A DNA stretch of 63,084 nt from Candidatus Sungbacteria bacterium RIFCSPLOWO2_01_FULL_54_21 (GTDB lineage: Bacteria > Patescibacteriota > Minisyncoccia > Sungbacterales > HO2-52-23), in contig MHQR01000020.1 of assembly GCA_001820725.1 (NCBI GenBank), positions 1-63,084 on the forward strand, in the 5' to 3' direction. Shown piece after piece: positions 7,555 through 19,600 of the stretch. The translations under genes were made by a program, and so were the position numbers. The notes beneath the pieces are model-generated. The model ran no database searches. It was given only the letters and a program-made list of their open reading frames with translations, and was not told the DNA's origin. The number at the start of each line of letters is the position of its first letter. Position 1 is the stretch's first letter.

Positions 7555-7631
7555 ATCGCAAATGATGCAACATCGGCGCAACGATCGGCACAGGCGCCGA
7601 GGGTATCGGGGACAGGGTAACCCGTAGGCAC

Positions 7632-8540
7632 ATGAGTATCCTATCCGTATCACGCCTTACCAAACAATTCGGCACATTCACCGCCGTGGACGATCTTTCG
7701 TTTTCCCTGAAAGGGGGGGAAATCCTCGGCCTCCTGGGCCCCAATGGCGCGGGAAAGACCACGACCATCCAAATGCTGTTGGGCGTGCTGACCCCGACAC
7801 TCGGCGCCATAAAATATTTTGGCAAGGATTTTACCCGGCACCGCGAGGACATCCTTGAAGACGTAAACTTTTCCTCCACATATACGCATTTGCCGTGGGG
7901 ATTGACCGTGCAGGAAAATCTACGCTTTATTTCTTTTTTGTACAAGATCGCCGACCGCCCGGCGCGCATCAGCAAGGTCGTCTCGTTGTTTCGTTTGGAA
8001 GAATTACTGTCGCGTCCCTTGATTGAACTCTCGGCAGGACAGCTGACACGCGTGAATCTGGCAAAAGCATTTATCAATTTCCCCAAAGTATTGCTCCTGG
8101 ACGAGCCCACCGCATCGCTCGACCCCGAAGCCGCAAAATACATCCGCGAATTCCTGCTCAACGAGCGCAATCAATTCCAAGTATCTATTATCCTCACCTC
8201 GCACAACATGGCCGAAGTAGAGGAAGTATGCGACCGCGTTATTTTCATTGACCACGGACGCGTCATCGCCGACAACACGCCCACGGAACTTGCGCGATCG
8301 GTGGAGACGTGCCACATCGAATTACTGATCAAAGAAGGCACGGAGCGCGCTATGCGCTATGCTACGGAGCGGGGCAACGGCTCTCGCGTCGAGGGGAAGC
8401 ATATCATCATTGACGTAAAGGAACGCGACATACCGGGATTCCTGCACGGACTCATGGACCGGGGCATTGCCTATGACGAAATTTCCATTGAAAAGCCAAC
8501 GCTGGAAGATTATTTCCTTGCCGTGACCAAAAAAGAATGA
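7632..8540 (+). CDS. ABC transporter ATP-binding protein (ABC-2 type)
   Basis: Walker A GPNGAGKTT, signature LSAGQLTR, Walker B LLLDEPT. Confidence 0.9.
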   Translation: MSILSVSRLTKQFGTFTAVDDLSFSLKGGEILGLLGPNGAGKTTTIQMLLGVLTPTLGAIKYFGKDFTRHREDILEDVNFSSTYTHLPWGLTVQENLRFISFLYKIADRPARISKVVSLFRLEELLSRPLIELSAGQLTRVNLAKAFINFPKVLLLDEPTASLDPEAAKYIREFLLNERNQFQVSIILTSHNMAEVEEVCDRVIFIDHGRVIADNTPTELARSVETCHIELLIKEGTERAMRYATERGNGSRVEGKHIIIDVKERDIPGFLHGLMDRGIAYDEISIEKPTLEDYFLAVTKKE

Positions 8541-9325
8541 ACCTCTACCGCGTCTGGGGCATGACGCTCCGCTACATCTACGCATTCCGCCACAACATCG
8601 ACAAGATGGCGGACGCTTTCTATTGGCCGAGTATTGATTTGCTCCTTTGGGGCCTGACCTCCACCTATCTCACCTCGCTCAATCCCGATGGCGGACAAAC
8701 GGCCTTCTTTGTGGTGCTGTCCGGCATTCTTCTCTGGCTCATCGTCTGGCGCGGTCAGGGAGAAATTACTATGAACGCGCTGGAAGAATTCTGGGAGCGC
8801 AATCTCATCAATCTCTTCGCGTCTCCGCTCATGTTCCGCGAATGGATGGCATCCCTTTTAGCGCTGGGCTTTGTAAAAGCCGTCATGAGTTTTGCCTTTG
8901 CCGTCACTCTTGCATGGGTGCTGTACGCAGTTAATCTGTTTCGATTCGGCTTTCTTCTCATTCCGTTCGGCCTTTTGCTCATCATGACCGGATGGTGGTT
9001 CGGGTTTCTCGTCATGGGGCTCATCCTGCGCTTTGGCAGAAAAGTGCAGGCGCTCGCGTGGACATCCATTTTCGTCATCTCCCCGTTTTCCGCGGCATTT
9101 TATCCACTCTCGACCCTGCCGCACTGGGCGCAGACGATCGGGAAGTGCATCCCCATCACGTATGTGTTCGAGGGAAGCCGCGAAGTGATCGCAACCGGGA
9201 AAATAGACCCGCAAAAATTGCTCATCAGCTTCGTCCTCAATGTCGTGTATCTCACCCTTGCCGGATGGTTTCTGCACCGCAGTTTTGAGAAACTCCGCGA
9301 GCGGGGATTGGAGAAAATAAATTAA
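8537..9325 (+). CDS. ABC-2 type transporter permease
   Basis: 4-nt overlap with the upstream ATPase. Multiple TM spans. Confidence 0.85.
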   Translation: MNLYRVWGMTLRYIYAFRHNIDKMADAFYWPSIDLLLWGLTSTYLTSLNPDGGQTAFFVVLSGILLWLIVWRGQGEITMNALEEFWERNLINLFASPLMFREWMASLLALGFVKAVMSFAFAVTLAWVLYAVNLFRFGFLLIPFGLLLIMTGWWFGFLVMGLILRFGRKVQALAWTSIFVISPFSAAFYPLSTLPHWAQTIGKCIPITYVFEGSREVIATGKIDPQKLLISFVLNVVYLTLAGWFLHRSFEKLRERGLEKIN

Positions 9326-9355
9326 CGCCTCACAGGGATCGGATCCCTGTATTCT

Positions 9356-10071
9356 ATGGTCCGTATTGTTAAAAAAGATGAGCATACCCGCGCACGTGTG
9401 GGAATGCTAGAAACGCCGCACGGCATGGTGGAGACGCCCGGCTATGTGGTCGTGGGCACGCATGCAAAAGTGCGCGCGCTGGACGCCGACGATCTGAAGC
9501 ATACCGGCACCCAGCTCATCATTGCCAACACATATCACCTGTGGCAGACACTGGGCGAGGAAGGACTCACGCGATTTCCCGGGCTTCATGCCGCCATGGC
9601 GTGGCAGGGGCCGCTCATGACCGATTCCGGCGGATTTCAGGTGTTCAGCATGGGAGCCATGCGCGAGCATGGTGTCGGCAAAGTCACGCGGCATGTTCAA
9701 CACTCGGTGTTTAACACTATTATTGTTAAACACCGAGTGTTGAACATCGGTTTAAGTCCTGCGAGCAAAGTCTTACGAATCACCAAAGATGGCAAGAAAT
9801 GTATCGCGACGACAGAACCGTTTTAGATCCAACATGCGCGTGCTATGTCTGCGCGGAACTAAAGACGGAAAAAAGCGCTCTACATGCCCTGTTCAAAGAA
9901 AAAAATCACGAAGCCGGACGCCTTGCCATCATTCACAATGTCTCCTTTTTCAATACGTTGATGTCAAAGATTAGAGATGCTATCCGCCAGGGAACGTTTA
10001 GCAAACTGTCGGCAATATACGTGTCACGCGCAGAGAAACCGTCTTGGAAAAAGATGGAAAAGATACTATAA
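9356..10071 (+). pseudogene. tgt: tRNA-guanine transglycosylase (tgt) remnant with the TIM-barrel core deleted
   Basis: The N-terminal ~115 aa (ETPHGMVETPGYVVVGT...TDSGGFQVFS) and the C-terminal Zn-site ~90 aa (LDPTCACYVC...IIHNVSFFNTLMSKIR) lie in different frames. The ~190 central residues of a normal Tgt are absent. Confidence 0.7.
9693..9747. repeat. perfect 24-bp inverted repeat with a 7-nt spacer, inside the tgt remnant
   Basis: ATGTTCAACACTCGGTGTTTAACA-CTATTAT-TGTTAAACACCGAGTGTTGAACAT verified base by base. Confidence 0.95.
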
Positions 10072-10138
10072 GAGAATGAGTGAGGGCGTTGTGCTCTTTT
10101 GACAATTTTTCAACCTCCCGACAGAAAGGGATGCACTC

Positions 10139-10708
10139 GTGCACAAAACGGGTTGGACGGTGGAACGCACCGCAGGGTTGCTATTTTTAACCATCGGCTG
10201 TCTCCTCTTCCTCGCGTTGAAATCAAGCGATCTTGTGCAGAAGGGGCCACAAAAGCCGCGTTACGCTATGTATGTCACAGGTGGCGCATTCACTATGCTG
10301 GGTGGTGTAATCCTATACCAATCTGTGCACTGGCGTTGGATAGGGATGCGGCTGTGCATGATACACAGACGATCCAAGCCGCCTAAACAACACCGTGCCG
10401 CAACCATACGGGAACGCACTCCGCCCCTGCGGCACATACCGTCGCTTGGAGACGGGTTTGTGCCGCCCCCCGCCAGTCGTAGCGCCCCAGAGCATTGGCA
10501 AGATCTCCCAAAGCCGATCAATCCGGAATGGACACGGCTCTTTCAACAAGTCGCAGACATGCGCTCGCGTGAAGAAGATCCGGGGAGAAAGGCGGCACTC
10601 CGAGATATTGAGGCGCGACTGCAAGGTATGCCAAACCGCAAGCCGGGAACCGCGCGCTATTGGCACAGCAAAGCGCGTGGGATCGCTAGACGAGAAGAAG
10701 CCGGATGA
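10139..10708 (+). CDS. hypothetical membrane protein (two N-terminal TM, Pro/Arg-rich tail)
   Basis: GTG-start ORF filling the gap before the atp promoter. No family recognised. Confidence 0.4.
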   Translation: MHKTGWTVERTAGLLFLTIGCLLFLALKSSDLVQKGPQKPRYAMYVTGGAFTMLGGVILYQSVHWRWIGMRLCMIHRRSKPPKQHRAATIRERTPPLRHIPSLGDGFVPPPASRSAPEHWQDLPKPINPEWTRLFQQVADMRSREEDPGRKAALRDIEARLQGMPNRKPGTARYWHSKARGIARREEAG

Positions 10709-10780
10709 ATCCCCATATTTTATTTACAGTACCGCCTCCTGGGGGACACCCTGCACGGAGGCATTTTCAATGGCGCACAC

Positions 10781-10809
10781 TGGACATTTCGCCTTTTTTG
10801 CGCTATACT
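10781..10809 (+). promoter_or_regulatory. atp operon promoter candidate
   Basis: TGGACA, 17-nt spacer, TATACT, ending 10 nt upstream of the atpB ATG. Confidence 0.5.
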
Positions 10810-10818
10810 CAAGCGATT

Positions 10819-11583
10819 ATGCCGCGTATTGAAATTGCCGCAGAAAAACTATTTCATATCGGGGGGTTTGACATCACCAACACGCTCATTACGAGCTGGG
10901 TCGTCGTCGCCCTCCTGGTTGCCGCCGCCGTCGTGGTGCACAAGCGCCTCACTATCGTGCCCGGCGGCTTGCAGAATGTCTTTGAATTTTTCATTGAGCA
11001 GCTCATCTCTCTCATGCAGGGCGTGCTGGCTTCGCGCGCCACGGCAGAGAAATATTTCCCCGTGGTCGGCACGGTGTTCATTTTTATCCTCACGTCAAAC
11101 TGGCTTGGTATCATGCCCGGCATCGGCTCTATTGGTTTTTTCGAAACCATTGACACTCGAGAAAGATTCATCCCTTTGTTCCGCTCGGCCGCCAGCGACT
11201 TGAACGTCACGCTGGCGCTCGCCACGGTTACGGTCTTCATTATCCACGCCCTTGCCATCGGCGCCATTGGTTTCAAAGCCCATATATCCAAATTCCTCTC
11301 GTTTCGGGGCCCTATTGAGTTCTTTGTGGGCATACTTGAACTTATCTCGGAATGTGCTAAGATTACATCGTTCTCGTTTCGCCTCTTTGGCAACATATTT
11401 GCCGGCGAGGTTCTGCTCGTCGTGACCGGCTTTCTCATGCCGTTCGGGGGGCCGCTCCCGTTTCTCATGCTTGAGATATTTGTCGGATTCGTGCAAGCGC
11501 TAGTGTTTGCCATGCTGACCACGGTGTTCATCAGCATCGCCGTCAGTACTCACGACACGGCAGAAGAAGTCGCGCGTCATTAA
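10819..11583 (+). CDS. atpB: F0F1 ATP synthase subunit a
   Basis: SFSFRLFGNIFAGE contains the conserved Arg. Multi-TM. Start set at MPRIEIAAEK, downstream of the promoter. Confidence 0.9.
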   Translation: MPRIEIAAEKLFHIGGFDITNTLITSWVVVALLVAAAVVVHKRLTIVPGGLQNVFEFFIEQLISLMQGVLASRATAEKYFPVVGTVFIFILTSNWLGIMPGIGSIGFFETIDTRERFIPLFRSAASDLNVTLALATVTVFIIHALAIGAIGFKAHISKFLSFRGPIEFFVGILELISECAKITSFSFRLFGNIFAGEVLLVVTGFLMPFGGPLPFLMLEIFVGFVQALVFAMLTTVFISIAVSTHDTAEEVARH

Positions 11584-11592
11584 AAATATTAA

Positions 11593-11674
11593 AGCTGGTA
11601 GCTTGTAGCTGGTAGTTTGTAGGAAATACCACATCGCATTCCTACAACCTACAAGCTAATTCCTACAAGCTAAT
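11593..11674. repeat. imperfect hairpin built from TTGTAGG / CCTACAA units (atpB-atpE spacer)
   Basis: Left part AGCTGGTAGCTTGTAGCTGGTAGTTTGTAGG. Right part CCTACAACCTACAAGCTAATTCCTACAAGCTAAT. Confidence 0.7.
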
Positions 11675-11678
11675 CACT

Positions 11679-11906
11679 ATGGATGTAGAATCAATCAAGC
11701 TATTATCTACTGCCGGCGCGATTGTCGGCGGAACCGCGGTGCCAGCCGCTGCCATCGCATTTATCGGCGTGAAGGGCCTGGAGGCCATCGGACGCAATCC
11801 CGAAGCCGCGGCAAAAGTGCAGACCGCGATGATTCTTGCGATCGCATTCGCAGAAGCCATCGCGATTTACGCGCTAGTCGTGGCACTCGTCATCAAGTTC
11901 GTATAA
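11679..11906 (+). CDS. atpE: F0F1 ATP synthase subunit c
   Basis: 75-aa hairpin protein. AFAEAIAIYALVVAL contains the carboxylate Glu. Confidence 0.95.
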   Translation: MDVESIKLLSTAGAIVGGTAVPAAAIAFIGVKGLEAIGRNPEAAAKVQTAMILAIAFAEAIAIYALVVALVIKFV

Positions 11907-11912
11907 GCCACG

Positions 11913-12413
11913 ATGGAGGAGCTTATCCGACATTTCGGGATTGACTGGAGAATGCTGTTGGCACAGGCAGTCAATTTCGGCGTTCTCCTCTTTATTCTCT
12001 GGAAATTCGCCTACCGCCCGATTCTCGGCGTTCTGCATGAACGCCGAGAAGGTATTGAGCGGGGCCTGGCGCTCACCCGCAATGCGGAAAAGCGCATGGC
12101 GGATATTGCGGTATTGCAGGAAGAAAAGCTCTCCGCGGCCCAGCAGACAGCGCTGGCCATCGTGAGCCGCGCGGAAGCAGTAGCCAAGGAACAGCGCGAA
12201 CTGCTGATTGCCGAAGCCGGAAAAAGGGGTGAGCACATGATCACAGAAGCCAAGCGCGTCATCATGGAGGAGAAAGGCAAATTGCGCGAAGAGTTGAAAC
12301 ATGAAGCCCGCGAGCTCATCCGCGACGGCATTGCGGCCGCCCTCATGAAGATGCCGCCGACAGCGCGCGACCGCGAGCTGATTGATGCGGCGGTGGCCGC
12401 AATGAAAAAATGA
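11913..12413 (+). CDS. atpF: F0F1 ATP synthase subunit b
   Basis: N-terminal TM followed by a long charged helix. Operon position. Confidence 0.85.
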   Translation: MEELIRHFGIDWRMLLAQAVNFGVLLFILWKFAYRPILGVLHERREGIERGLALTRNAEKRMADIAVLQEEKLSAAQQTALAIVSRAEAVAKEQRELLIAEAGKRGEHMITEAKRVIMEEKGKLREELKHEARELIRDGIAAALMKMPPTARDRELIDAAVAAMKK

Positions 12414-12787
12414 AATACACGCCCGCACAATATGCCGCCGCGCTCGCCGAAGTCCTGCAGGGCAAGACCTCTGCCGAACTCAAGCACATTGCCGCCAATC
12501 TGTTCACGCACATGACCAAGGCGCGGGCAACGAAGGATATTGATCGGGTCGTGCGTGAAGCCGGACGCAGGATGCGCCGCAAAGAGGAAATTTCTGCGGC
12601 AGATGTGGAAAGCGCCGCGCCCTTGAGCGCAAAACATCTGCACAGCATCAAACGCATGTTGGGGCCAAAGTCGGCGATCATCGAAAAAGTGAATCCGCAT
12701 TTGCTCGCAGGCACGCGGATTATCATTGACGAAGAGACGCTGATTGACGCGACCGCGCTGCGCCGTCTTACGACATTGTTTCCATAA
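12410..12787 (+). CDS. atpH: F0F1 ATP synthase subunit delta (short, 125 aa)
   Basis: Operon position between b and alpha. C-terminal LLAGTRIIIDEETLIDATALRRL resembles the OSCP tail. Confidence 0.75.
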   Translation: MKYTPAQYAAALAEVLQGKTSAELKHIAANLFTHMTKARATKDIDRVVREAGRRMRRKEEISAADVESAAPLSAKHLHSIKRMLGPKSAIIEKVNPHLLAGTRIIIDEETLIDATALRRLTTLFP

Positions 12788-12814
12788 CTTTTCATTTTGA
12801 TTTTTGCATTTGAT

Positions 12815-14347
12815 ATGACTTCTCCTATCATTGAGGGACTTAAAAAAGAATTGGAAGGACTTGCCAAAGACGTAAAGCCCGAGCGTATCGGGCGCGTTTT
12901 GGAGATAGGCGACGGCATTGCCCGTATTTACGGCTTGTCAGGAGTCGCATCCCAGGAAATGCTTTCGTTTGAGACGGCGCAGGGCACGGTAGAAGGCATT
13001 GCGTTCAACCTGGAGGAAGACACCGTGGGCGCCATCGTGCTGGGGGATTATACGAAAATAAAAGAAGGGGACGTCGTGCGGCAAACCAACCGCGTGCTGT
13101 CCGTGCGCGTGGGGGACGCGCTGATCGGCCGAGTCGTTGGCGCACTGGGTGAGCCACTCGACGGCAGAGGCCCCATTTTTAAAGAACGTGAAAAGGAAGT
13201 TTTTTATCCTGCCGAGCGTCCGGCGCCGTCCGTTACCGACCGCGAGCCTGTAAACATACCCTTGCACACCGGCATTATGGCGATTGACGCCATGATTCCG
13301 GTGGGCCGCGGCCAGCGCGAACTTATCATCGGCGATCGGCAGATCGGCAAGACATCCATCGTGATTGACGCCATTTTGAATCAAGCGCGCGACAGCCGCT
13401 ATCCCACGCCGGTCTGTATTTACGTCGCCATCGGGCAGAAAGAATCCAAAGTCGCCAAAATAGTAGCCACCCTCAAAGAAAAAGGAGCCATGGACTATAC
13501 CATCGTGGTGTCGGCTCCCGCGTCCGCGCCAGCGCCGCTCTGGTATCTGGCTCCGTACAGCGCCGCGGCAATCGGCGAATATTTTATGCATCAAGGCCGC
13601 GACGCTTTGGTTATTTACGACGACTTGTCCAAGCACGCGTGGGGCTACCGCGAAATTTCGCTCCTACTCCGCCGTCCGCCGGGACGCGAGGCGTACCCGG
13701 GCGACATTTTTTATCTCCACTCGCGGCTTCTGGAGCGCGCGGCAAAATTGAGCAAAGAAAAAGGAGGCGGTTCGCTCACCGCGCTCCCTATTATAGAGAC
13801 GCAGTTGGGAGACGTATCAGCATACATCCCCACCAACGTCATCTCCATTACTGACGGACAGATTTATTTGGAGCCGGAATTGTTTTATCAGGGCGTGCGC
13901 CCGGCGCTCAACGTAGGCCTCTCGGTGTCGCGCGTGGGATCGGCCGCGCAGACCAAAGCCATGAAAAAAGTTGCGGGCCGTCTACGCCTTGAACTTGCCC
14001 AGTTCCGCGAGCTCGCGGCATTCGTCCAATTCGCGTCCGAACTGGACGAAGGAACGAAAAAACGCATTGAGCGCGGACGTGTGCTGACCGAATTGCTCAA
14101 ACAGTCGGAACTCGACCCCATCCCGTTTGAAAAACAAGTGATCGCGATTTATGCCGGCACGCACGGATACTTCGATGATGTCCTGTCCGCCGATGTGCCA
14201 GCGACCTGTGCCGCACTTTTGGACTACATCGAAAAACTCCACCGCGCCGACATCCTGGACACTATCCGCGAAACCGGCGACCTCACCAAAGAAACCGAGG
14301 AAAAATTAAAAACCGCGATTGATGATTTTAAGAAATTATCTATATGA
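12815..14347 (+). CDS. atpA: F0F1 ATP synthase subunit alpha
   Basis: Walker [10 protein letters not shown]. Alpha-specific blocks throughout. Confidence 0.95.
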   Translation: MTSPIIEGLKKELEGLAKDVKPERIGRVLEIGDGIARIYGLSGVASQEMLSFETAQGTVEGIAFNLEEDTVGAIVLGDYTKIKEGDVVRQTNRVLSVRVGDALIGRVVGALGEPLDGRGPIFKEREKEVFYPAERPAPSVTDREPVNIPLHTGIMAIDAMIPVGRGQRELIIGDRQIGKTSIVIDAILNQARDSRYPTPVCIYVAIGQKESKVAKIVATLKEKGAMDYTIVVSAPASAPAPLWYLAPYSAAAIGEYFMHQGRDALVIYDDLSKHAWGYREISLLLRRPPGREAYPGDIFYLHSRLLERAAKLSKEKGGGSLTALPIIETQLGDVSAYIPTNVISITDGQIYLEPELFYQGVRPALNVGLSVSRVGSAAQTKAMKKVAGRLRLELAQFRELAAFVQFASELDEGTKKRIERGRVLTELLKQSELDPIPFEKQVIAIYAGTHGYFDDVLSADVPATCAALLDYIEKLHRADILDTIRETGDLTKETEEKLKTAIDDFKKLSI

Positions 14348-14748
14348 TTTCTTCAAAACTTAAAAATATTTTTTGCATTTCCATACCGTTTTTTATAGCG
14401 CACGGTTTGGAGGAATATTTCACCGATTTTTATAATATTGATTCTTACTCCCTTTTTGTCTTCCGCCCATTTGTGGAGATGTCGGTGAATCAAGCGACAT
14501 TTCTTCTTTTTCAAATTATGATATGGTTGCTCTTCGGTATTACTTTTCTTTTCCTCTCCGGCCCCAAATGGCAGTTGCGCCTTATGATACTGCCCGGACT
14601 GGTGTATTTCTTCGAACTACATCATGTCATAAAAGCCATTTCTGTTGGCGGTTATTACCCCGGCCTCATCACCGCTTTAGGATTTCCGATCATCGCGTTC
14701 TTTTTCTGGAGAGAGTTATGGAAAGAACTTCACCATGTTCAAAGGTGA
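14344..14748 (+). CDS. HXXEE-motif membrane protein inserted in the atp operon
   Basis: AHGLEEY (HXXEE) near the N-terminus and four hydrophobic spans. ATGA overlap with the atpA stop. Visibly AT-richer than the flanks. Confidence 0.7.
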   Translation: MISSKLKNIFCISIPFFIAHGLEEYFTDFYNIDSYSLFVFRPFVEMSVNQATFLLFQIMIWLLFGITFLFLSGPKWQLRLMILPGLVYFFELHHVIKAISVGGYYPGLITALGFPIIAFFFWRELWKELHHVQR

Positions 14749-14834
14749 TGAAAACCAAAATTCCAGCGTGAACGGGACTTTCGAACTTTAGTAATTGATG
14801 GATCAGATTGGTGCTGTCCCAGGAATAGTACACT

Positions 14835-17488
<2,654 letters not shown>

Positions 17489-17492
<4 letters not shown>

Positions 17493-17956
17493 AGATCATC
17501 ACGACATCCCTTCGCGGACAACACATTTTAGCATCGCCCAGTTCTCTAGATCACTACACAGCCCAGGCATTCGTGCTCCGGTGTTTTGATGACCGCTTTT
17601 ACGCGGCATTTAAGAGTTTTCTGAAATCGCAGAGTATCACCTCGCTGGATCACTCGTCCGTCGCCGGCGGCGCCAAGATCATCGCGTCTCCCGAAAAAGA
17701 GGGCGACCGAGATTTTATTCTGCGGGAAATAGAAAAATCCGTCATGCTCCACGGCACAACGCGCGTCATGCTCTTCACTCACTACGACTGCGGCGCGTAC
17801 GGGGGCCTCGTTCGCTTTGACGGAGACGAAGCGCGTCAGCTTGCATTTCATGAAAAAGAGTTGAGCCGCGCCGCAGGCATTATCAAAGAGAGATTTCCAA
17901 ATCTCGCCTTAGAGACGTATTTTATAGACAAAGAGGGGATCGTACGGGTGAAGTAG
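17489..17956 (+). CDS. beta-carbonic-anhydrase-like protein (tentative)
   Basis: C32-F-D-D-R36 and H98-Y-D-C101-G reproduce the CxDxR ... HxxC zinc-ligand pattern at about the expected spacing. ATGA overlap with atpC. Confidence 0.5.
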
Positions 17957-17996
17957 CGCTATCGCCATCCTCCGTGGCATACACGGAGGACTTTTC

Positions 17997-19355
17997 ATGC
18001 TCGTTGAAAAGAGGGGCAAAGAGGTATATCCTGCCTATATGGAGCACGTCCATTTTATAGGCGTCGGGGGTATCGGGGTATCTGCCCTTGCCCGTTATTA
18101 TCTCTCTATCGGAGCCACGGTCAGCGGCTCGGATTTGGTTGCCTCGGAAATCACCCGCGCTCTTGCCGAAAAGGGCGCGACCGTCATCATCGGCAATCAC
18201 GCTGCCCTCAATCTTCTTTCAGGCGCGACACGAGTTATTTACACCGCCGCAACACCCCAAACAAACCCCGAACTCAAAGAGGCAAAGCGCAGGAAACTCT
18301 CAACACAGACATACGCCGAGGCAGTGGGGGACTTAACGCGCCAATACCGCACGGTTACCATTTCCGGCTCGCACGGCAAAAGCACGACCACTGCCATGAC
18401 ATCGCTGGTGATGGAAGCAGGGTATCTTGACCCTACGGTTATCATCGGCACCAAAGTGAGAGAATTCGGCGATTCTAATTTTCGATCAGGAAAAGGAAGT
18501 CATCTCGTTCTTGAGGCGGACGAGTGGAACAAGTCATTCCTTCATTACTCGCCGCATGTGGCCGTTGTCACCAACATTGACGCGGAACATTTGGATACAT
18601 ACAAAACTGTGGAAGCGGTGGAGCAGGCATTTTCCGAGTATCTGGGCAAGGTGCCGCAGGACGGCACAATCATCGCGAATGCCGACGACTCGCGCCTTGC
18701 GGTTGTCGCAAAAAAGTTTGGCCCCAAGGTCGCCTGGTACTCGGTAAAGGACATGGAAGCCAAGAAGGTCAAACCTCTCCTCAAAGTGCCGGGGACACAC
18801 AATCTTTCCAACGCCTTGGCGGCGCTCACCGCAGGGCGCGTACTCGGCGTGTTAGAGCCCGACATTCTGCGTGCGCTCTCGCAATTCCGCGGCACCTGGC
18901 GCAGATTTGAAATGAAAGGACTTTATAAAGGTGCGCATCTGGTCAGCGATTACGGCCACCACCCTCGCGAAATCATGGCAACGCTTTCCGCCGCGCGCGA
19001 GCATTTTCCCATGCGCCGCATCTGGTGCGTGTTCCAGCCGCACCAATATCAGCGTCTCAAATATCTGTGGAATGATTTTCTCTCCGCGTTTGACATGGCC
19101 GACCGCGTAGTGCTCCTGCCCGTCTATGACGTTGCCGGACGCGAAATCCTAGCCGCAAAGAAAGCGGTCAATTCACTCTTGCTTGCCGAAGGACTTCAAG
19201 AAAGGGGCAAAGACGCATGGCACAGCGCCTCATTCCCCGAAGCAAGGCAATTCTTGGATGAGGGATTGCGCCGTGGAGACGTGCTCCTCGTCATGGGCGC
19301 AGGAGATATTTATGACTTGACGACAGACCTCGCGAATCATACGATAGAGGCATGA
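17997..19355 (+). CDS. murC: UDP-N-acetylmuramate--L-alanine ligase
   Basis: GVGGIGVSALA and ISGSHGKSTTTAM. GGAGGA SD upstream of the ATG at 17997. Confidence 0.95.
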   Translation: MLVEKRGKEVYPAYMEHVHFIGVGGIGVSALARYYLSIGATVSGSDLVASEITRALAEKGATVIIGNHAALNLLSGATRVIYTAATPQTNPELKEAKRRKLSTQTYAEAVGDLTRQYRTVTISGSHGKSTTTAMTSLVMEAGYLDPTVIIGTKVREFGDSNFRSGKGSHLVLEADEWNKSFLHYSPHVAVVTNIDAEHLDTYKTVEAVEQAFSEYLGKVPQDGTIIANADDSRLAVVAKKFGPKVAWYSVKDMEAKKVKPLLKVPGTHNLSNALAALTAGRVLGVLEPDILRALSQFRGTWRRFEMKGLYKGAHLVSDYGHHPREIMATLSAAREHFPMRRIWCVFQPHQYQRLKYLWNDFLSAFDMADRVVLLPVYDVAGREILAAKKAVNSLLLAEGLQERGKDAWHSASFPEARQFLDEGLRRGDVLLVMGAGDIYDLTTDLANHTIEA

Positions 19356-19600
19356 ATCAGGTGATTACTATCCCAAAAAGGATGGCGCAGAGAGGCGATT
19401 TGGTCGTCATACCGCGATCGGAGTATGAAGCCATGCGCCGCTCCCTGAAGGGACGAACAGTAAAAAGCGCTGAAAGCGATCTTGATGCGAACATAAAAAA
19501 GTCCCTCGCCGAATATCGCGCCGGAAAATACTACGGGCCCTTTGATACCGCCGATGAAGCGGTGGCTTTTCTTACATCCCGTCGTAAAACAAAGAGGTGA
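19352..19600 (+). CDS. small antitoxin-like / AbrB-like protein (tentative)
   Basis: ITIPKRMAQRGDLVVIPRSEYEAM N-terminus. 4-nt overlaps with both murC and the next gene. Confidence 0.45.
   Translation: MNQVITIPKRMAQRGDLVVIPRSEYEAMRRSLKGRTVKSAESDLDANIKKSLAEYRAGKYYGPFDTADEAVAFLTSRRKTKR

Noticed and set aside
9789-9974. 61-aa ORF in a third frame of the tgt remnant
   Set aside because: The neighbouring frame (9799..10071) carries the recognisable Tgt C-terminus. This frame gives a Lys/Arg-rich product with no similarity.
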